Shown piece by piece: positions 51,281 through 61,759 of a stretch of 64,000 nt of DNA. Every line of letters begins with the position of its first letter. The first letter of the stretch is position 1. The DNA comes from an uncultured Actinomycetes bacterium (GTDB lineage Bacteria; Actinomycetota; UBA4738; HRBIN12), in NCBI GenBank assembly GCA_963786805.1, contig CAWBAK010000004.1, positions 455,813 through 519,812 on the forward strand, given 5' to 3'. The notes below the pieces were generated by a model. The model was not told the DNA's origin, did not search any database, and worked only from the letters and a program-made list of their open reading frames with translations. The position numbers and the translations under genes are program-made.

Positions 51281-52159
51281 TTATCCCTCGCGCGCGGGCG
51301 GGCCCGACGCCACGAGGGAGTTCGGGAACCCCGATGCGAGCTGCTCCGCGTGGTTCCGGTCGCGCGCGAGGCCGACGACCGAGGAGCCGCTCCCGCTCAT
51401 GACGGCGCCGAGGGCCCCGGCCGCGAGCAGTTGCTGTTTCGCCTCGCCGACGGCCGGATGGCGCCGCGCGACGACGGCCTCCAGGTCGTTGAACAGCAGC
51501 GGGCCGAGCCTCTCGGCGTCTCCGGCCGCCGCCGCTTCCAACAGCGGATCGGGATCGGGCCCCGCGACCCCTCCGTCCTCGTCCCACCACCGGTACGCGT
51601 CGGGCGAACGGACGCCGAAGTCGAAGTGCACGACGACCCACCAGAAGGACGCGACCTCCGCCGGCGCCAGGATCTCGCCACGTCCCGACATCAGCACCGG
51701 GCCGCCGAGCAGCAACGCCGGGACGTCGGAACCGATCCGCTCGGCAACCTCGCCGAGCGTCGCAGGATCGAGGTCGCATCCCCACAACCGGTTCAAGGCG
51801 AGCAAGGTCGCCGCCGCGTCGGCGCTGCCGCCGCCGAGCCCCGCCGCGACGGGGATCCGCTTGTCGATCTCGACGAGCGCGCCCCCGGCGTCCGGGCAGG
51901 CATCCGCGAGCGCGAGCGCGGCAACCAGCGCAAGGTTCAGACCCCCCACCGGGACGTCGCCGGAGAGTGCCTGCGCGCCGCGCACCTCGACGTGGAGACG
52001 GTCGGCGGAGCGAACGGTCACCCCGTCGGCGAGCGAGACCGGCACCACCAGGCTCTCGAGGTCGTGGTAGCCGTCCTCGCGCGCGGCGAGCACCCGGAGG
52101 AAGACGTTCACCTTCGCGGGAGCCTCCAGCCGGATCGGCTTCGGCGTCACGGGCGCCAC
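51281..52159 (-). CDS. ispE: 4-diphosphocytidyl-2-C-methyl-D-erythritol kinase
   Basis: ..KVNVFLRVLAAREDGYHDLESL..PVAAGLGGGSADAAATLLALNRLWG.. GHMP kinase motifs; GTG 52159. Confidence 0.85.
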   Translation of the reverse strand: MAPVTPKPIRLEAPAKVNVFLRVLAAREDGYHDLESLVVPVSLADGVTVRSADRLHVEVRGAQALSGDVPVGGLNLALVAALALADACPDAGGALVEIDKRIPVAAGLGGGSADAAATLLALNRLWGCDLDPATLGEVAERIGSDVPALLLGGPVLMSGRGEILAPAEVASFWWVVVHFDFGVRSPDAYRWWDEDGGVAGPDPDPLLEAAAAGDAERLGPLLFNDLEAVVARRHPAVGEAKQQLLAAGALGAVMSGSGSSVVGLARDRNHAEQLASGFPNSLVASGPPAREG

Positions 52160-53010
52160 CCCTCGGCCAGAAGCTCATCCGTCACCCGGGCGAAGTCCTC
52201 GAGCCCGAGCCGCTCGCCCCGGATCGAGGGATCCACACCGCTTCGACCGAGGACCTCGTTCGCCTCCGGCAGGCCGAGGCCCAGCCGCCGGAGCGCGTTC
52301 GCCATCGTCTTCCGGCGCTCCGCGAACGACTCCTCTACCACGACGAACAAGGCGTCGGGATCGACGTCCACCGGCGGCGTGCGCCGGTCGATCCGAACGA
52401 GGACCGAGTCCACCTTGGGCCGGGGCCAGAAGACGTCGGCCGGGATGCGGCGGATGAGTTCCGTGTCGGCGCGGTACGAGACGCGCACGCTCACCGTTCC
52501 GTAGGCCTCGTCGCCCGCGTTCGCGACGAGCCGCTCGCCGACCTCGCGTTGCACCATCACGACGAAGCGATCGATCTGCGGCACGCCCTCGAGCAGGTCG
52601 ACCATCAAGGGCACCGAGATGTTGTAGGGCAGGTTCGAGACCATCGTCCACCGCGCGTCGCCGAGGAGCTCGTGCCAGTCGACGCGCATCGCGTCGAGCT
52701 GTTCCACGCGGACGTTCGGGAACGCCGACACGACCTCGCGCAGGGCGGGTGTCAGACGGCGGTCGAACTCCACGGCGAGGACTTCGCATCCGGCCTCGGC
52801 GAGCGCGACCGTGATCGAGCCGAGCCCCGCGCCGACCTCCAGCACCCGATCCCCTTGGCCGACACCGGCGTCGGCGACGATCGCGCGCGCGAGGTTCGGG
52901 TCGGCGATGAAGTTCTGCCCGAGCGTCTTCGTCGGGCGGATCCCGTAGCGCTCGGCGAGGGCCCTCAGGGCGCCGAGCCCGAGGTTCGGGCTCCCCGGAG
53001 TGATGGGCGT
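52147..53010 (-). CDS. rsmA: 16S rRNA (adenine1518/1519-N6)-dimethyltransferase RsmA/KsgA (5' end unresolved)
   Basis: Table ORF 52147..52845 starts inside the SAM motif (GDRVLEVGAGLGS). The KsgA N-terminal signature ..ERYGIRPTKTLGQNFIADPNLARAIV.. continues in frame upstream to ~53010 with no ATG/GTG/TTG. Confidence 0.8.
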   Translation of the reverse strand, partial: TPITPGSPNLGLGALRALAERYGIRPTKTLGQNFIADPNLARAIVADAGVGQGDRVLEVGAGLGSITVALAEAGCEVLAVEFDRRLTPALREVVSAFPNVRVEQLDAMRVDWHELLGDARWTMVSNLPYNISVPLMVDLLEGVPQIDRFVVMVQREVGERLVANAGDEAYGTVSVRVSYRADTELIRRIPADVFWPRPKVDSVLVRIDRRTPPVDVDPDALFVVVEESFAERRKTMANALRRLGLGLPEANEVLGRSGVDPSIRGERLGLEDFARVTDELLAEGWRP

Positions 53011-53014
53011 CGCG

Positions 53015-54097
53015 CTACCAGGTGAGGCGGACCTGGCAGACCCCTTGGCTGAGGGGGGCGATCCGAGCGAAGGCCTGGTCGCTGAGGTCGATGATCCGGC
53101 CTCCGAAGGGTCCTCGATCGTTGATCACCACCTGGACGCGGTTGCCGTTCGCGAGGTTCGTGACGGTGACCACCGTACCGAAGGGCAACCAGGGGTGGGC
53201 CGCCGTGAGGCCGTCTCCGGGGGCGAACCCGTACCAGCTCGCCTCGCCCACCTGGGTCCCGGGCGAGGGGTTCGTGCGGCCGACGATCCGCTTGGCCGGG
53301 ACCGCCTCACGGACGACCTGCCTCCCGAGGAGCGTCCGGGTCACCACGTCACCGTTCACGACCTTGACGCGGTAGCGCTCCACCATGAGGCCGTCGACGC
53401 CCGCCTGAACGAACTGCACATGACCCGGACGAAGCTCGTCCGAGTACTCCGTGTACGTGGTGTGCGGCACGGGAACCTCGAGCTCACGGATGCGGTAGTC
53501 GATCGAGACGAACCGCACCAGGAGGTCGGGTTGAAGGGGGGTCTTGAGTGACGGAAGGACACGATCGCTACGGTCGGGCTCGATCCCCATGGCCGAGAGG
53601 AGCTTGCCGACGGTGCTGGCATTGGTGAGCACCTCGTGGTCCTTCCCCATCACCACGACGCGCGCCGCCACCACCTCCGACTGCCCGACCGGCTCTCCCG
53701 TGGAGAACCAGTCCTCGGTGCTTCGAACCGCCAGCAACGCCGGCGCTCTCTGCACCCCTTCCATCACCCAGACCCCCACATCCGAGGGAGCCGGGATCAC
53801 GATCCCGTTCTCGAAGTCCAAGTCGACGAGGACCCGCATCCCGTCTGCGAGTGGTGTCTGCGACGGCGGGCTGACGATGTCGTCCCATCCGAGGACGATC
53901 CCCTCGGTATGCAGCAGCTCGCCGACGTTCGCGCTCATCGTCCGGACGGCTTCGGGCTGCCCGTCCACGACCAGGGTCACGGTCTTCTGCACCACCCAGA
54001 ATCCGCCGGCGATCGCGAGGCCGACCCCCACGAGGGTGACGTTCGCGACCGTCCTTCGAACCCGGAGCCGCCGGACCCGTGAGGGGCGAACCTCCAT
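53015..54097 (-). CDS. YabE/RpfB-like cell-wall protein: DUF348 + G5 + RlpA-like double-psi beta-barrel (3D) domain
   Basis: ATG 54097 with AGGAGG SD; [23 protein letters not shown]; C-terminus [56 protein letters not shown] is RlpA/3D-like. Sits beside rsmA exactly where rpfB (Mycobacterium) or yabE (Bacillus) sit. Only the last 360 codons of ORF 53015..54565 are used. Confidence 0.8.
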   Translation of the reverse strand: MEVRPSRVRRLRVRRTVANVTLVGVGLAIAGGFWVVQKTVTLVVDGQPEAVRTMSANVGELLHTEGIVLGWDDIVSPPSQTPLADGMRVLVDLDFENGIVIPAPSDVGVWVMEGVQRAPALLAVRSTEDWFSTGEPVGQSEVVAARVVVMGKDHEVLTNASTVGKLLSAMGIEPDRSDRVLPSLKTPLQPDLLVRFVSIDYRIRELEVPVPHTTYTEYSDELRPGHVQFVQAGVDGLMVERYRVKVVNGDVVTRTLLGRQVVREAVPAKRIVGRTNPSPGTQVGEASWYGFAPGDGLTAAHPWLPFGTVVTVTNLANGNRVQVVINDRGPFGGRIIDLSDQAFARIAPLSQGVCQVRLTW

Positions 54098-54252
54098 ACA
54101 CCTTCCTCCTGTCGGAAGAAGGCTCCGCGGGGAAGCGGCTAGGCCGGACCGAAGCCTCCACGTGCAAGGCTCGGAACCTACCAAACCCTCAACCCTCACT
54201 GCAAACTTGAAACCGAACGACCGTTCGGGACGTTTTCCGGCCTCTGGAGGCC

Positions 54253-55044
54253 CTATCGGAGCCGAGGGAACGCGTTCGATGCGTTGCGCGAGGTTGCGGT
54301 TCGCACGTTTTCCACAGTCTCTTCGCGTACCGACGCGATGGTCTCGATGACGTCGACGACGTTCGCGGGTGCGTTGTCGCGTCCGCGGATCCGCTGCGGC
54401 GCGAGGAACGGGCTGTCGGTCTCGACGAGGACGCGCTCGAGCGGGATCGCCGCGGCCGCATCGCGGATCTGCGCGTTCTTCGGGTACGTGATGTTCCCGG
54501 CGAAGGACAGGTGCCATCCGCGATCCACACACTCGAGCGCCGTCGCGACGTCGCCCGTGAAGCAATGGAGGACGACCTCGGCCGAACCCTCATCGAGCAG
54601 TCGAAGGATCTCGGGCCACGCGTCGCGGACGTGGACGACGAGTGGCAGTCCGGCGTCGCGGGCGATGGCGACCTGCTCGGTCAGGACGCGGACCTGGACC
54701 TCGCGAGGCGAATGCATGCGGTAGAAGTCGAGCCCGCACTCCCCCACGGCCACGACCTGCGGGTTCGCGAGCAGCGTCTCGATCTCCGAACGGGCTCGGG
54801 CGTCGAATCGGGACGCCTCGTGCGGGTGCATGCCCGCCGTCGCGAACACGTCCGGATGGGACTCGGCGAGCTGGACGGCTCGATGGCTCGACTCGGGATC
54901 GATCCCTGGGCAGACGACGGTCCCCACGCCGGCCGCCCGGGCCTCCTCGAGGACCTCGCCGACGTCGCGCTCCAGGAGGAACAGGTGGCAGTGCGTGTCC
55001 ACCGCCGCGCTCTGCACCCGGAGTTCACGGTTCGGTCGCTCCAC
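54253..55044 (-). CDS. tatD: TatD family hydrolase
   Basis: ..[46 protein letters not shown].. metal-binding motifs; GTG start (55044 or 55017). Confidence 0.85.
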   Translation of the reverse strand: MERPNRELRVQSAAVDTHCHLFLLERDVGEVLEEARAAGVGTVVCPGIDPESSHRAVQLAESHPDVFATAGMHPHEASRFDARARSEIETLLANPQVVAVGECGLDFYRMHSPREVQVRVLTEQVAIARDAGLPLVVHVRDAWPEILRLLDEGSAEVVLHCFTGDVATALECVDRGWHLSFAGNITYPKNAQIRDAAAAIPLERVLVETDSPFLAPQRIRGRDNAPANVVDVIETIASVREETVENVRTATSRNASNAFPRLR

Positions 55045-55188
55045 GCGGCGGTCCGCCTAGCCTTCCTCGACCTGGAGTCGAAACGCGCTCTGCCGCGCGA
55101 CGCGCCTTCCCGAAGGAGAGGGGCGGCGCCATCCACCGTGAGTCGAGGGGCCGGGTCGCACGTGAAACGCGTTGGCGCGAACCTTCAC

Positions 55189-56730
55189 TCAGGAGTCGAG
55201 GCGCGGGAACAGCGCCTCACCTTTCGTCGTCTTGGTCCCGGGCGCCAGAGCACCCCATCGAGCCGCCTCGGGGAGCCGCTGGGCGTCGAGCGGGGCGTCG
55301 ATACCGAGTTGGCTCCAGAGCTCCGCGGCAGCCCTCGGCATGACCGGATGGATCAGCACGGCGAGGATCCGGAGCGTTTCGGCCGACGCGTACAGGACGG
55401 CCCCCACCTCGGCCCGGCGGGGCTCGTCCTTGATCGCCTTCCAAGGTTCCTTCTCGACCAGGTACTGGTTCGCACGGGTCACGATCTCCCACAGGGCGGC
55501 GATCGCCTGGCTCGGCGAGACCTCGAGCATGAGCTCGTCGTACCGGCGGACCGCCTCCTCGATCACCGTCGGGAGGTCCGCCTCCTCGCCCCCGCTTCCC
55601 GGGGCGGGAACCGTCCCGTCGAAGTAGGAGGCGAGCATCGCGAGGACCCGGCTCGCGAGATTCCCGAGCCCGTTCGCGAGATCGGCGTTGTGGCGCTCGA
55701 CCATCGACTCCCACGAGAAGCTGCCGTCCTGGCCGAACTGGATCTCGCGCATGAAGTAGTAGCGATAGGAGTCCACCCCGAAGTGATCGAGGAGCTCGAA
55801 CGGATGGATCCCCGTCGCGTTGGTCTTCGACATCTTCTTGCCGCCGACCGTCAGGAACCCGTGCGCCCACACCTGCTTCGGGAGCTCCACGTCTCCGGCC
55901 ATGAGCATGGCGGGCCAATAGACCGCGTGGAACCGGAGGATGTCCTTCCCGATCAGGTGGATGTCTGCGGGCCACATCGCATCGAACCGCTCGGTGTCGC
56001 TCGCGTACCCGGCCGCGGTGAGGTAGTTCGTCAGCGCGTCGAACCACACGTAGCAGACGTGCTCGGGGTCCCAGGGGAGCGGGATCCCCCATCGGAAGTT
56101 CGTCCGGCTGACCGAGAAGTCCTGGAGCCCGCCCCGGAGCAGTGAGAGGACCTCGTTGCGGCGGGTCTCCGGCTCCACCGCCTCGGGGTGGCGCTCGTAG
56201 TGCTCCAGGAGGCGGTCGCGGTAGGCCGAGAGCCGGAAGAAGTAGTTCTCCTCGGTGACCCGCTCGACGGGGCGCTCGTGGATCGGGCACAGCCCGCCGG
56301 GCAGGAGGTCGTCCTCCGTGTAGTAGGCCTCGCAGGACACGCAGTACAGCCCCTCGTAGGTCCCGAGGTAGATGTCCTCTCGGCCGTTGTCGTACACGGC
56401 CTGGAGGAGCCGGCGCACCGCCTGCTCGTGGCGGGATTCCGTCGTACGGATGTAGTCGTCGTACGCGATCTCCAGGCGGGCCCAGACCTCCTTCCAGCGC
56501 GGCTCCATGGCGTCGACCCACTCCTGCGGGGTCATGCCCGCCTGCTCCGCCGCCCGCTGGATCTTCAGCCCGTGCTCGTCGGTGCCGGTGAGGTGGAACA
56601 CCCGCTCACCGCGGAGACGGTGGTAGCGGGCGATGAAGTCGGTCGCCACGGCGTTGTACGCGTGCCCGATGTGCGGGACGTCGTTCGGGTAGTAGATCGG
56701 CGTCGTGATGTAGAAGACGTTCCGCCCCAT
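55189..56730 (-). CDS. metG: methionine--tRNA ligase (short form, no C-terminal tRNA-binding domain)
   Basis: ATG 56730: ..FYITTPIYYPNDVPHIGHAYNAVATDF.. (HIGH) and ..KMSKTNATG.. (KMSKS); zinc knuckle CVSCEAY..CPIH. Confidence 0.9.
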   Translation of the reverse strand: MGRNVFYITTPIYYPNDVPHIGHAYNAVATDFIARYHRLRGERVFHLTGTDEHGLKIQRAAEQAGMTPQEWVDAMEPRWKEVWARLEIAYDDYIRTTESRHEQAVRRLLQAVYDNGREDIYLGTYEGLYCVSCEAYYTEDDLLPGGLCPIHERPVERVTEENYFFRLSAYRDRLLEHYERHPEAVEPETRRNEVLSLLRGGLQDFSVSRTNFRWGIPLPWDPEHVCYVWFDALTNYLTAAGYASDTERFDAMWPADIHLIGKDILRFHAVYWPAMLMAGDVELPKQVWAHGFLTVGGKKMSKTNATGIHPFELLDHFGVDSYRYYFMREIQFGQDGSFSWESMVERHNADLANGLGNLASRVLAMLASYFDGTVPAPGSGGEEADLPTVIEEAVRRYDELMLEVSPSQAIAALWEIVTRANQYLVEKEPWKAIKDEPRRAEVGAVLYASAETLRILAVLIHPVMPRAAAELWSQLGIDAPLDAQRLPEAARWGALAPGTKTTKGEALFPRLDS

Positions 56731-56811
56731 GGTCGAGCCATCGTAGCCGAGGCATCCGTGTCCCCCAGGCCTCAACGTGTCGGGACCGGCGACTCGCGGT
56801 CCGCCCGCGGG

Positions 56812-57639
56812 TTACCGGGGCGAGCGGGTGAGCGCCTCGTAGATCGCGTTCGCGCTGCCGCCTCGGTCCCGAGCCACGGCCGAGGCCGCCTCGCGCTTGC
56901 GCATCCCGCCCTGGACGAGGCGCGTGGCCTCGGCGACCAGATCGTCGAGGCCGGGGACCTCCTCGTCCCGGCGACCCTCGACCACGAGGACGATCTCTCC
57001 CTTCGGGTCGGCGTCGCCGAGTCGGTCCGAGACCTCGGAGGCTCGCCCGCGCAGGACCTCTTCGTGGAGCTTCGTCAGCTCGCGCGCCACGGCGACCCGG
57101 CGGTCGCCGAGCTCGGCCGCGACCTCGCGGAGCAGCGACCGCAGACGTCGCGGCGACTCGAAGAGGACCAATGTGCGTGGGTCATCGGCCAGGGAACGCA
57201 GCCGCTCGCGACGCTCTCCCGCTTTGCGCGGCAGGAACCCTTCGAACGTGAACCGGTCCACGGGAAGGCCGGAGACGACGAGCGCGGCGGTCACCGCCGA
57301 AGGGCCGGGAACGACTCGGACCTCGATACCTTCCTCGGTGCACGCGCGAACGATCAGGAAGCCGGGATCGGAGATCGACGGCATGCCGGCATCGCTCACG
57401 AGGGCGACGTCCTTCCCCTCGCGAAGTTCCGCGACGATCGCCCCGATGCGTTCGCGCTCGTTGCCCTCGAAGAGCGACACGAGCCGGCGCTTGATCCCCA
57501 TCCGCGCGAGCAACCGACCGGTGCGCCGGGTGTCTTCCGCCGCAACGAGTTCGACGGAGGCGAGTGTCTCCCGCGCGCGCTCGGTCATGTCTCCGAGATT
57601 GCCGATCGGCGTCCCGACGACGAACAGGGTTCCGCTCAC
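56812..57639 (-). CDS. rsmI: 16S rRNA (cytidine1402-2'-O)-methyltransferase
   Basis: GTG 57639: VSGTLFVVGTPIGNLGDMTERARETL..GFLP.. is tetrapyrrole-methylase-fold RsmI. Confidence 0.85.
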   Translation of the reverse strand: MSGTLFVVGTPIGNLGDMTERARETLASVELVAAEDTRRTGRLLARMGIKRRLVSLFEGNERERIGAIVAELREGKDVALVSDAGMPSISDPGFLIVRACTEEGIEVRVVPGPSAVTAALVVSGLPVDRFTFEGFLPRKAGERRERLRSLADDPRTLVLFESPRRLRSLLREVAAELGDRRVAVARELTKLHEEVLRGRASEVSDRLGDADPKGEIVLVVEGRRDEEVPGLDDLVAEATRLVQGGMRKREAASAVARDRGGSANAIYEALTRSPR

Positions 57640-57721
57640 GTGCCGATGCTCCCACGGTTGCGCCGCCTTCCACACGGCGCGGCGTGTCCACCCGTCGTCG
57701 CCCCGCCGATACAGTGCTCGG

Positions 57722-58186
57722 ATGGCGGGCGGACACAAGGACTACTCGGGGACGCCGCTCCCGAAGAAGCTCGGCATCGTCGAGGGTTCGCGCGTGCTCG
57801 TCGCGGGAGCACCGACGTCCTTCTCGCTTCCGCCCCTCCCCTCCGGGGTCGAGCTCATCGAGCGAGCGCGGTCACCGCTCGACGTCGTGCTGCTGTTCGT
57901 CACCACGAGATCCGAGCTGTCGAAGCGGTTCTCGGCGCCGGCGCGGGCCCTTGCCCCGGCCGGCCGGCTGTGGGTGGCGTGGCCGAAGAAGGCCTCGGGG
58001 ATCCCGACCGACCTGACCTTCGAGATGGTCCAGGGGTACGGCCTCGAGGCGGGACTGGTCGACAACAAGTCGGGCTCGATCGACGAGCGCTATCAGGGCC
58101 TTCAGTTCGTCTATCGGCTCAAGGACCGGCCCGGCCGCTCGACGTCCGGGCGCTCTGCCCGTTCACCCGGCCGTTCGGCCTCGTAG
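57722..58186 (+). CDS. DUF3052 family protein
   Basis: 154 aa, MAGGHKDYSGTPLPKKLGIVEGSRVLVAGAP..; conserved actinobacterial protein near metG/pmt. Confidence 0.65.
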   Translation: MAGGHKDYSGTPLPKKLGIVEGSRVLVAGAPTSFSLPPLPSGVELIERARSPLDVVLLFVTTRSELSKRFSAPARALAPAGRLWVAWPKKASGIPTDLTFEMVQGYGLEAGLVDNKSGSIDERYQGLQFVYRLKDRPGRSTSGRSARSPGRSAS

Positions 58187-58213
58187 CCGGAACCCTGCCG
58201 TACCATCGGCCGG

Positions 58214-59704
58214 ATGCTCCCGTTGCTCGCCAAGCTCAACCGGCCCATCGTGGCGATCTTGGCCGTCGGTGCGATCGCCGGCGTGCTGCGCTTCAACCAT
58301 CTCGGCTATCCGGAGCGCCGGATCTTCGACGAGTACTACTACCCGAAGTCGGCGTGCATCTTCCTCGGCTACTCGAACGACCGCTGCGACATCAACAGCT
58401 CGGCCGAGCGCCTCTGGCGCGATCAGCAGAACGACACGGGCGCCTGGGTGCACCCTCCCCTCGGCAAGTGGATGATCGCGCTCGGCGAGCTCGGCTTCGG
58501 CACCGAGTCGCTCGGCTGGCGTGTCTCGTCGGCGGTGACCGGCACGGCGACCGTGATGTTGCTCGCGTTCATCGTGCACCTCCTGTTCGCGAGCGCCATC
58601 TGGACGTTCGTCGGAGGGCTGCTGCTCGCGGTCGAGAACCTCAACTTCGTGCAGTCCCGAACGGCGATGCTCGACATCTTCGTCACGTTCTGGATCGTCC
58701 TCGGCTTCGCGTTCCTGCTCATGGACCGGCGCTGGATCGAGCGCCGAACGCCCGAGCCCGGCGGCCCGCCGGGCGATCCGGCCGCCCGGTCCATCGGTGA
58801 TCCGGCACCCGGCCCGCCGTTGCGGCGCCGCCTCCCGGCGCCCCTGTGGCGACCGTGGCGTTTCGCGGCCGGGGTCGCGCTGGGGGCCGGGCTCGCCACG
58901 AAATGGTCGGCGTTCACCGCCGTCGCCGTGGCGATCGCCCTCTCGATCCTCTGGGAGGTCTCTCGGCGCCGGCGCGCAGGCGTTGCGCGTCCGGTGGGCA
59001 ACGCCATCCCGGCCGAGGGGTTCGGCCTCGTTCTGGCCTTCCTGATCGTCCCCTCGATCGTCTACGTGGCCTCGTACGCCGGATGGTTCGCCCACTTCGG
59101 ATTCGACCTCGGCCAGTGGATGACCCTGCAGGGGTCGATGTACGACTGGCACCGCAACCTCAGCTCGATCGACCTCGCGACGGGCGAGCCGATCCATCCG
59201 TACCTCGCTCAGGCGTGGAAGTGGATCCTGTTGTGGCGTCCCGTCGTCTACTACGCCGACTTCGGGGACGGCGTTCGACAGGTGATCTACGCGAACGGGA
59301 ATCCCGCGATCTTCTGGGGCAGCATCCTCGCGATCCCGTACGCGGCGTTCTCGTGGTGGAACAAGCGCGACTGGCGTGCCGGCTTCGTCGTCCTCACCGT
59401 TGCGGGGCTCTACCTGCCGTGGTTCCTCGTTGAACGACCGCAGTTCATCTTCTACGCGACGCCGATCACCCCGTTCTTCGTGCTCGCCTGCGTGTACGCC
59501 TTGAAGCAGCTCTCCGAGGTTCGCTTCGCGGCGCTCCACGCGGCGGGAAACCGGGCTCGCACGGTTCGGCCCTACCTGCCGCTCGTGGTGGCGTTCGTCG
59601 TCGTGGCGGTGGGGCTGTTCGTCTGGTTCTGGCCGACCCTGACCGGCGGCCCGCTGTCGGACGAGGGCTGGCTCGTGCGGGCGTGGTTCCCGACCTGGAC
59701 GTGA
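58214..59704 (+). CDS. pmt: dolichyl-phosphate-mannose--protein mannosyltransferase (PMT/GT39 family)
   Basis: 496 aa; multiple TM helices; ..DEYYYPKSAC.. and PMT-like loops; corresponds to Rv1002c by position. Confidence 0.8.
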   Translation: MLPLLAKLNRPIVAILAVGAIAGVLRFNHLGYPERRIFDEYYYPKSACIFLGYSNDRCDINSSAERLWRDQQNDTGAWVHPPLGKWMIALGELGFGTESLGWRVSSAVTGTATVMLLAFIVHLLFASAIWTFVGGLLLAVENLNFVQSRTAMLDIFVTFWIVLGFAFLLMDRRWIERRTPEPGGPPGDPAARSIGDPAPGPPLRRRLPAPLWRPWRFAAGVALGAGLATKWSAFTAVAVAIALSILWEVSRRRRAGVARPVGNAIPAEGFGLVLAFLIVPSIVYVASYAGWFAHFGFDLGQWMTLQGSMYDWHRNLSSIDLATGEPIHPYLAQAWKWILLWRPVVYYADFGDGVRQVIYANGNPAIFWGSILAIPYAAFSWWNKRDWRAGFVVLTVAGLYLPWFLVERPQFIFYATPITPFFVLACVYALKQLSEVRFAALHAAGNRARTVRPYLPLVVAFVVVAVGLFVWFWPTLTGGPLSDEGWLVRAWFPTWT

Positions 59705-59769
59705 CCCGTTCCGGGCGTCTCGTCGCCGAGCCGAACGTGAGCGTTCCCCGCCGGTAGGATTCGCGGCCG

Positions 59770-61755
59770 ATGGCCCGCACGCAGAACGAGTGGATCGCGA
59801 TGGCGGATGGGGTGCGTCTGGCCGCCACGCTGTACCTCCCCGACGGCGAAGGTCCGTGGCCGGCGCTGCTCGAGGCCCTCCCCTACCGCAAGGACGACCT
59901 GACGGCCTCCTACCGGGAGGAGTACCACCGCTTCGCCGACGAGTTCGGCTACCTCGTGTGCCGCCTCGACGTCCGCGGCACGGGGTCCTCGGACGGCGTG
60001 CCCGTCGACGAGTACACGCGACAGGAGCACGGAGACATCAGCGAGGTCATCGCGTGGCTCGCATCGCAGGGATGGTCGAACGGCAACGTCGGGATGTACG
60101 GCACTTCGTGGTCCGGCTTCAACACCCTGCAGGTGGCGATGCTTCGTCCACCGGCGCTCAAGGCGATCTGTTCCATCTTCGCTTCCGACGATCGCTACGG
60201 CGACGACGTCCACTACTTCGGCGGCGCGCTGAAACAGCTCGACCTCGTCGACTACCCGACCTACATGGACGCGGGCAACGTGCTTCCCCCCGTGCCGAGG
60301 GTTCACGGAGCGGATTGGCGCGAGGCGTGGGAGCGGCGCGTCATGAGCTACGAGCCCTGGACCCTCACGTGGCTCGAGCACCAGACCTACGACGACTATT
60401 GGAAGCACGGCTCCCTTCGAGAGGACTACGCGTCGATCCACGCGGCGACGATGCTCGTCACCGGCTGGGCCGACGGATATACGAACATCGCGCTGCGCGG
60501 GTTCGCGGGACTGCAGTGCCCCAAACGCCTGCTCGCCGGACCCTGGGCGCACGCGTCGACCGAGACCTCGCGCCCGGGCCCGAACGTCGACCTCGTCCCG
60601 GAGATGGCGCGGTGGTGGGACCGGTGGCTGAAGGGCTCCGACAACGGGGTAGACCGGGAGCCCCCGATCGTCCTGTTCGTCCGCCGCCCGACGCCCCCGG
60701 CAGCCGACCTCGAGGCGTACCGCGGAGAGTGGCGCTTCGAACCCGGATGGCCGCTCGAGCGCAGCGTCGACGTCTCGCTCGAGCTGTCGAAGGCGGGGGC
60801 GATGGGACGGCACGAGAACGACGGACCGGACGAGCTGGACGTCCGCGGCGACGTCGGCTGGACCGCGTGGATCAGCTGCGCCGGCGGGCTTCCGTGGGGC
60901 CAGTCGATCGACCAACGTCCCGACGAGACGTTCAGCCTCGTCTACGACTGGGACCCGCTCGAGGACGACCTCGAGATCCTGGGCCATCCCCGGCTGACGG
61001 TTCCCGTGTCGAGCTCGGCGCCGGTCGCGTACCTGTCGGCCAAGCTCTGCGACGTCCATCCCGACGGCACGTCGCAGCTCGTGACGCGAGGGCTGCTGAA
61101 CCTCACCCACCGCGATTCCCGGGAGCACCCCGCGCCGCTCGTTCCGGGCGAGACGTACGAGATCGCGCTCGAGCTCGAGGTCACCTCGTGGATCTTCGAA
61201 CCGGGTCACCGGGTCCGGCTCGATCTCGCCGGTTCGGACTGGCCGAACGCGTGGGCGCCGCCGACGCCGTCCATGCTCTCGATCGACCGCGCCGGCGCGA
61301 CGCTGGTCCTGCCGGCCCTGCGCGGTCCCTCGCCGGCCGGAGGCCGTCCGGTGCTGCCGCCTCCTCGGAAACCGCAGGCGGATCGCGAGTCGGCCCGAGG
61401 GGACGAGCTCGCCGAGCTCGTCTGGCTCATCGAGCACGACGTCCTCGGGCGCGAGACCCGCGCGATCGCTCGCTACGGCGGCCCCAGCGAGGGCAACGAG
61501 GTCGCGCCCCCGTTCGAACAGTGGTACGGAGGGACCGTCGGCGTCTCGACGGAGGATCCGGGCCGGGCGTTCGTCGACGCGGGCGCGACGTACGTCATGC
61601 GCTATCCGGAGGCGACCGTGCGGACCGAGTCGCGGACGCGGATCGACAGCGACGCCGACGCGTACCACGTGCGGATCGAGGTCGACGTGAGCGAAGGCGA
61701 CGAGCCGCGATGGTCTCGGCGTTGGGAACGCCGTATCCCGCGGAACCTGCAGTAA
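59770..61755 (+). CDS. CocE/NonD family hydrolase (S15 X-Pro dipeptidyl-peptidase-like alpha/beta hydrolase)
   Basis: 661 aa; ..MADGVRLAATLYLPDG..GPWPALLEALPYRKDD..GMYGTSWSGFNTL.. (nucleophile elbow GxSxG). Confidence 0.8.
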   Translation: MARTQNEWIAMADGVRLAATLYLPDGEGPWPALLEALPYRKDDLTASYREEYHRFADEFGYLVCRLDVRGTGSSDGVPVDEYTRQEHGDISEVIAWLASQGWSNGNVGMYGTSWSGFNTLQVAMLRPPALKAICSIFASDDRYGDDVHYFGGALKQLDLVDYPTYMDAGNVLPPVPRVHGADWREAWERRVMSYEPWTLTWLEHQTYDDYWKHGSLREDYASIHAATMLVTGWADGYTNIALRGFAGLQCPKRLLAGPWAHASTETSRPGPNVDLVPEMARWWDRWLKGSDNGVDREPPIVLFVRRPTPPAADLEAYRGEWRFEPGWPLERSVDVSLELSKAGAMGRHENDGPDELDVRGDVGWTAWISCAGGLPWGQSIDQRPDETFSLVYDWDPLEDDLEILGHPRLTVPVSSSAPVAYLSAKLCDVHPDGTSQLVTRGLLNLTHRDSREHPAPLVPGETYEIALELEVTSWIFEPGHRVRLDLAGSDWPNAWAPPTPSMLSIDRAGATLVLPALRGPSPAGGRPVLPPPRKPQADRESARGDELAELVWLIEHDVLGRETRAIARYGGPSEGNEVAPPFEQWYGGTVGVSTEDPGRAFVDAGATYVMRYPEATVRTESRTRIDSDADAYHVRIEVDVSEGDEPRWSRRWERRIPRNLQ

Positions 61756-61759
61756 GGCG

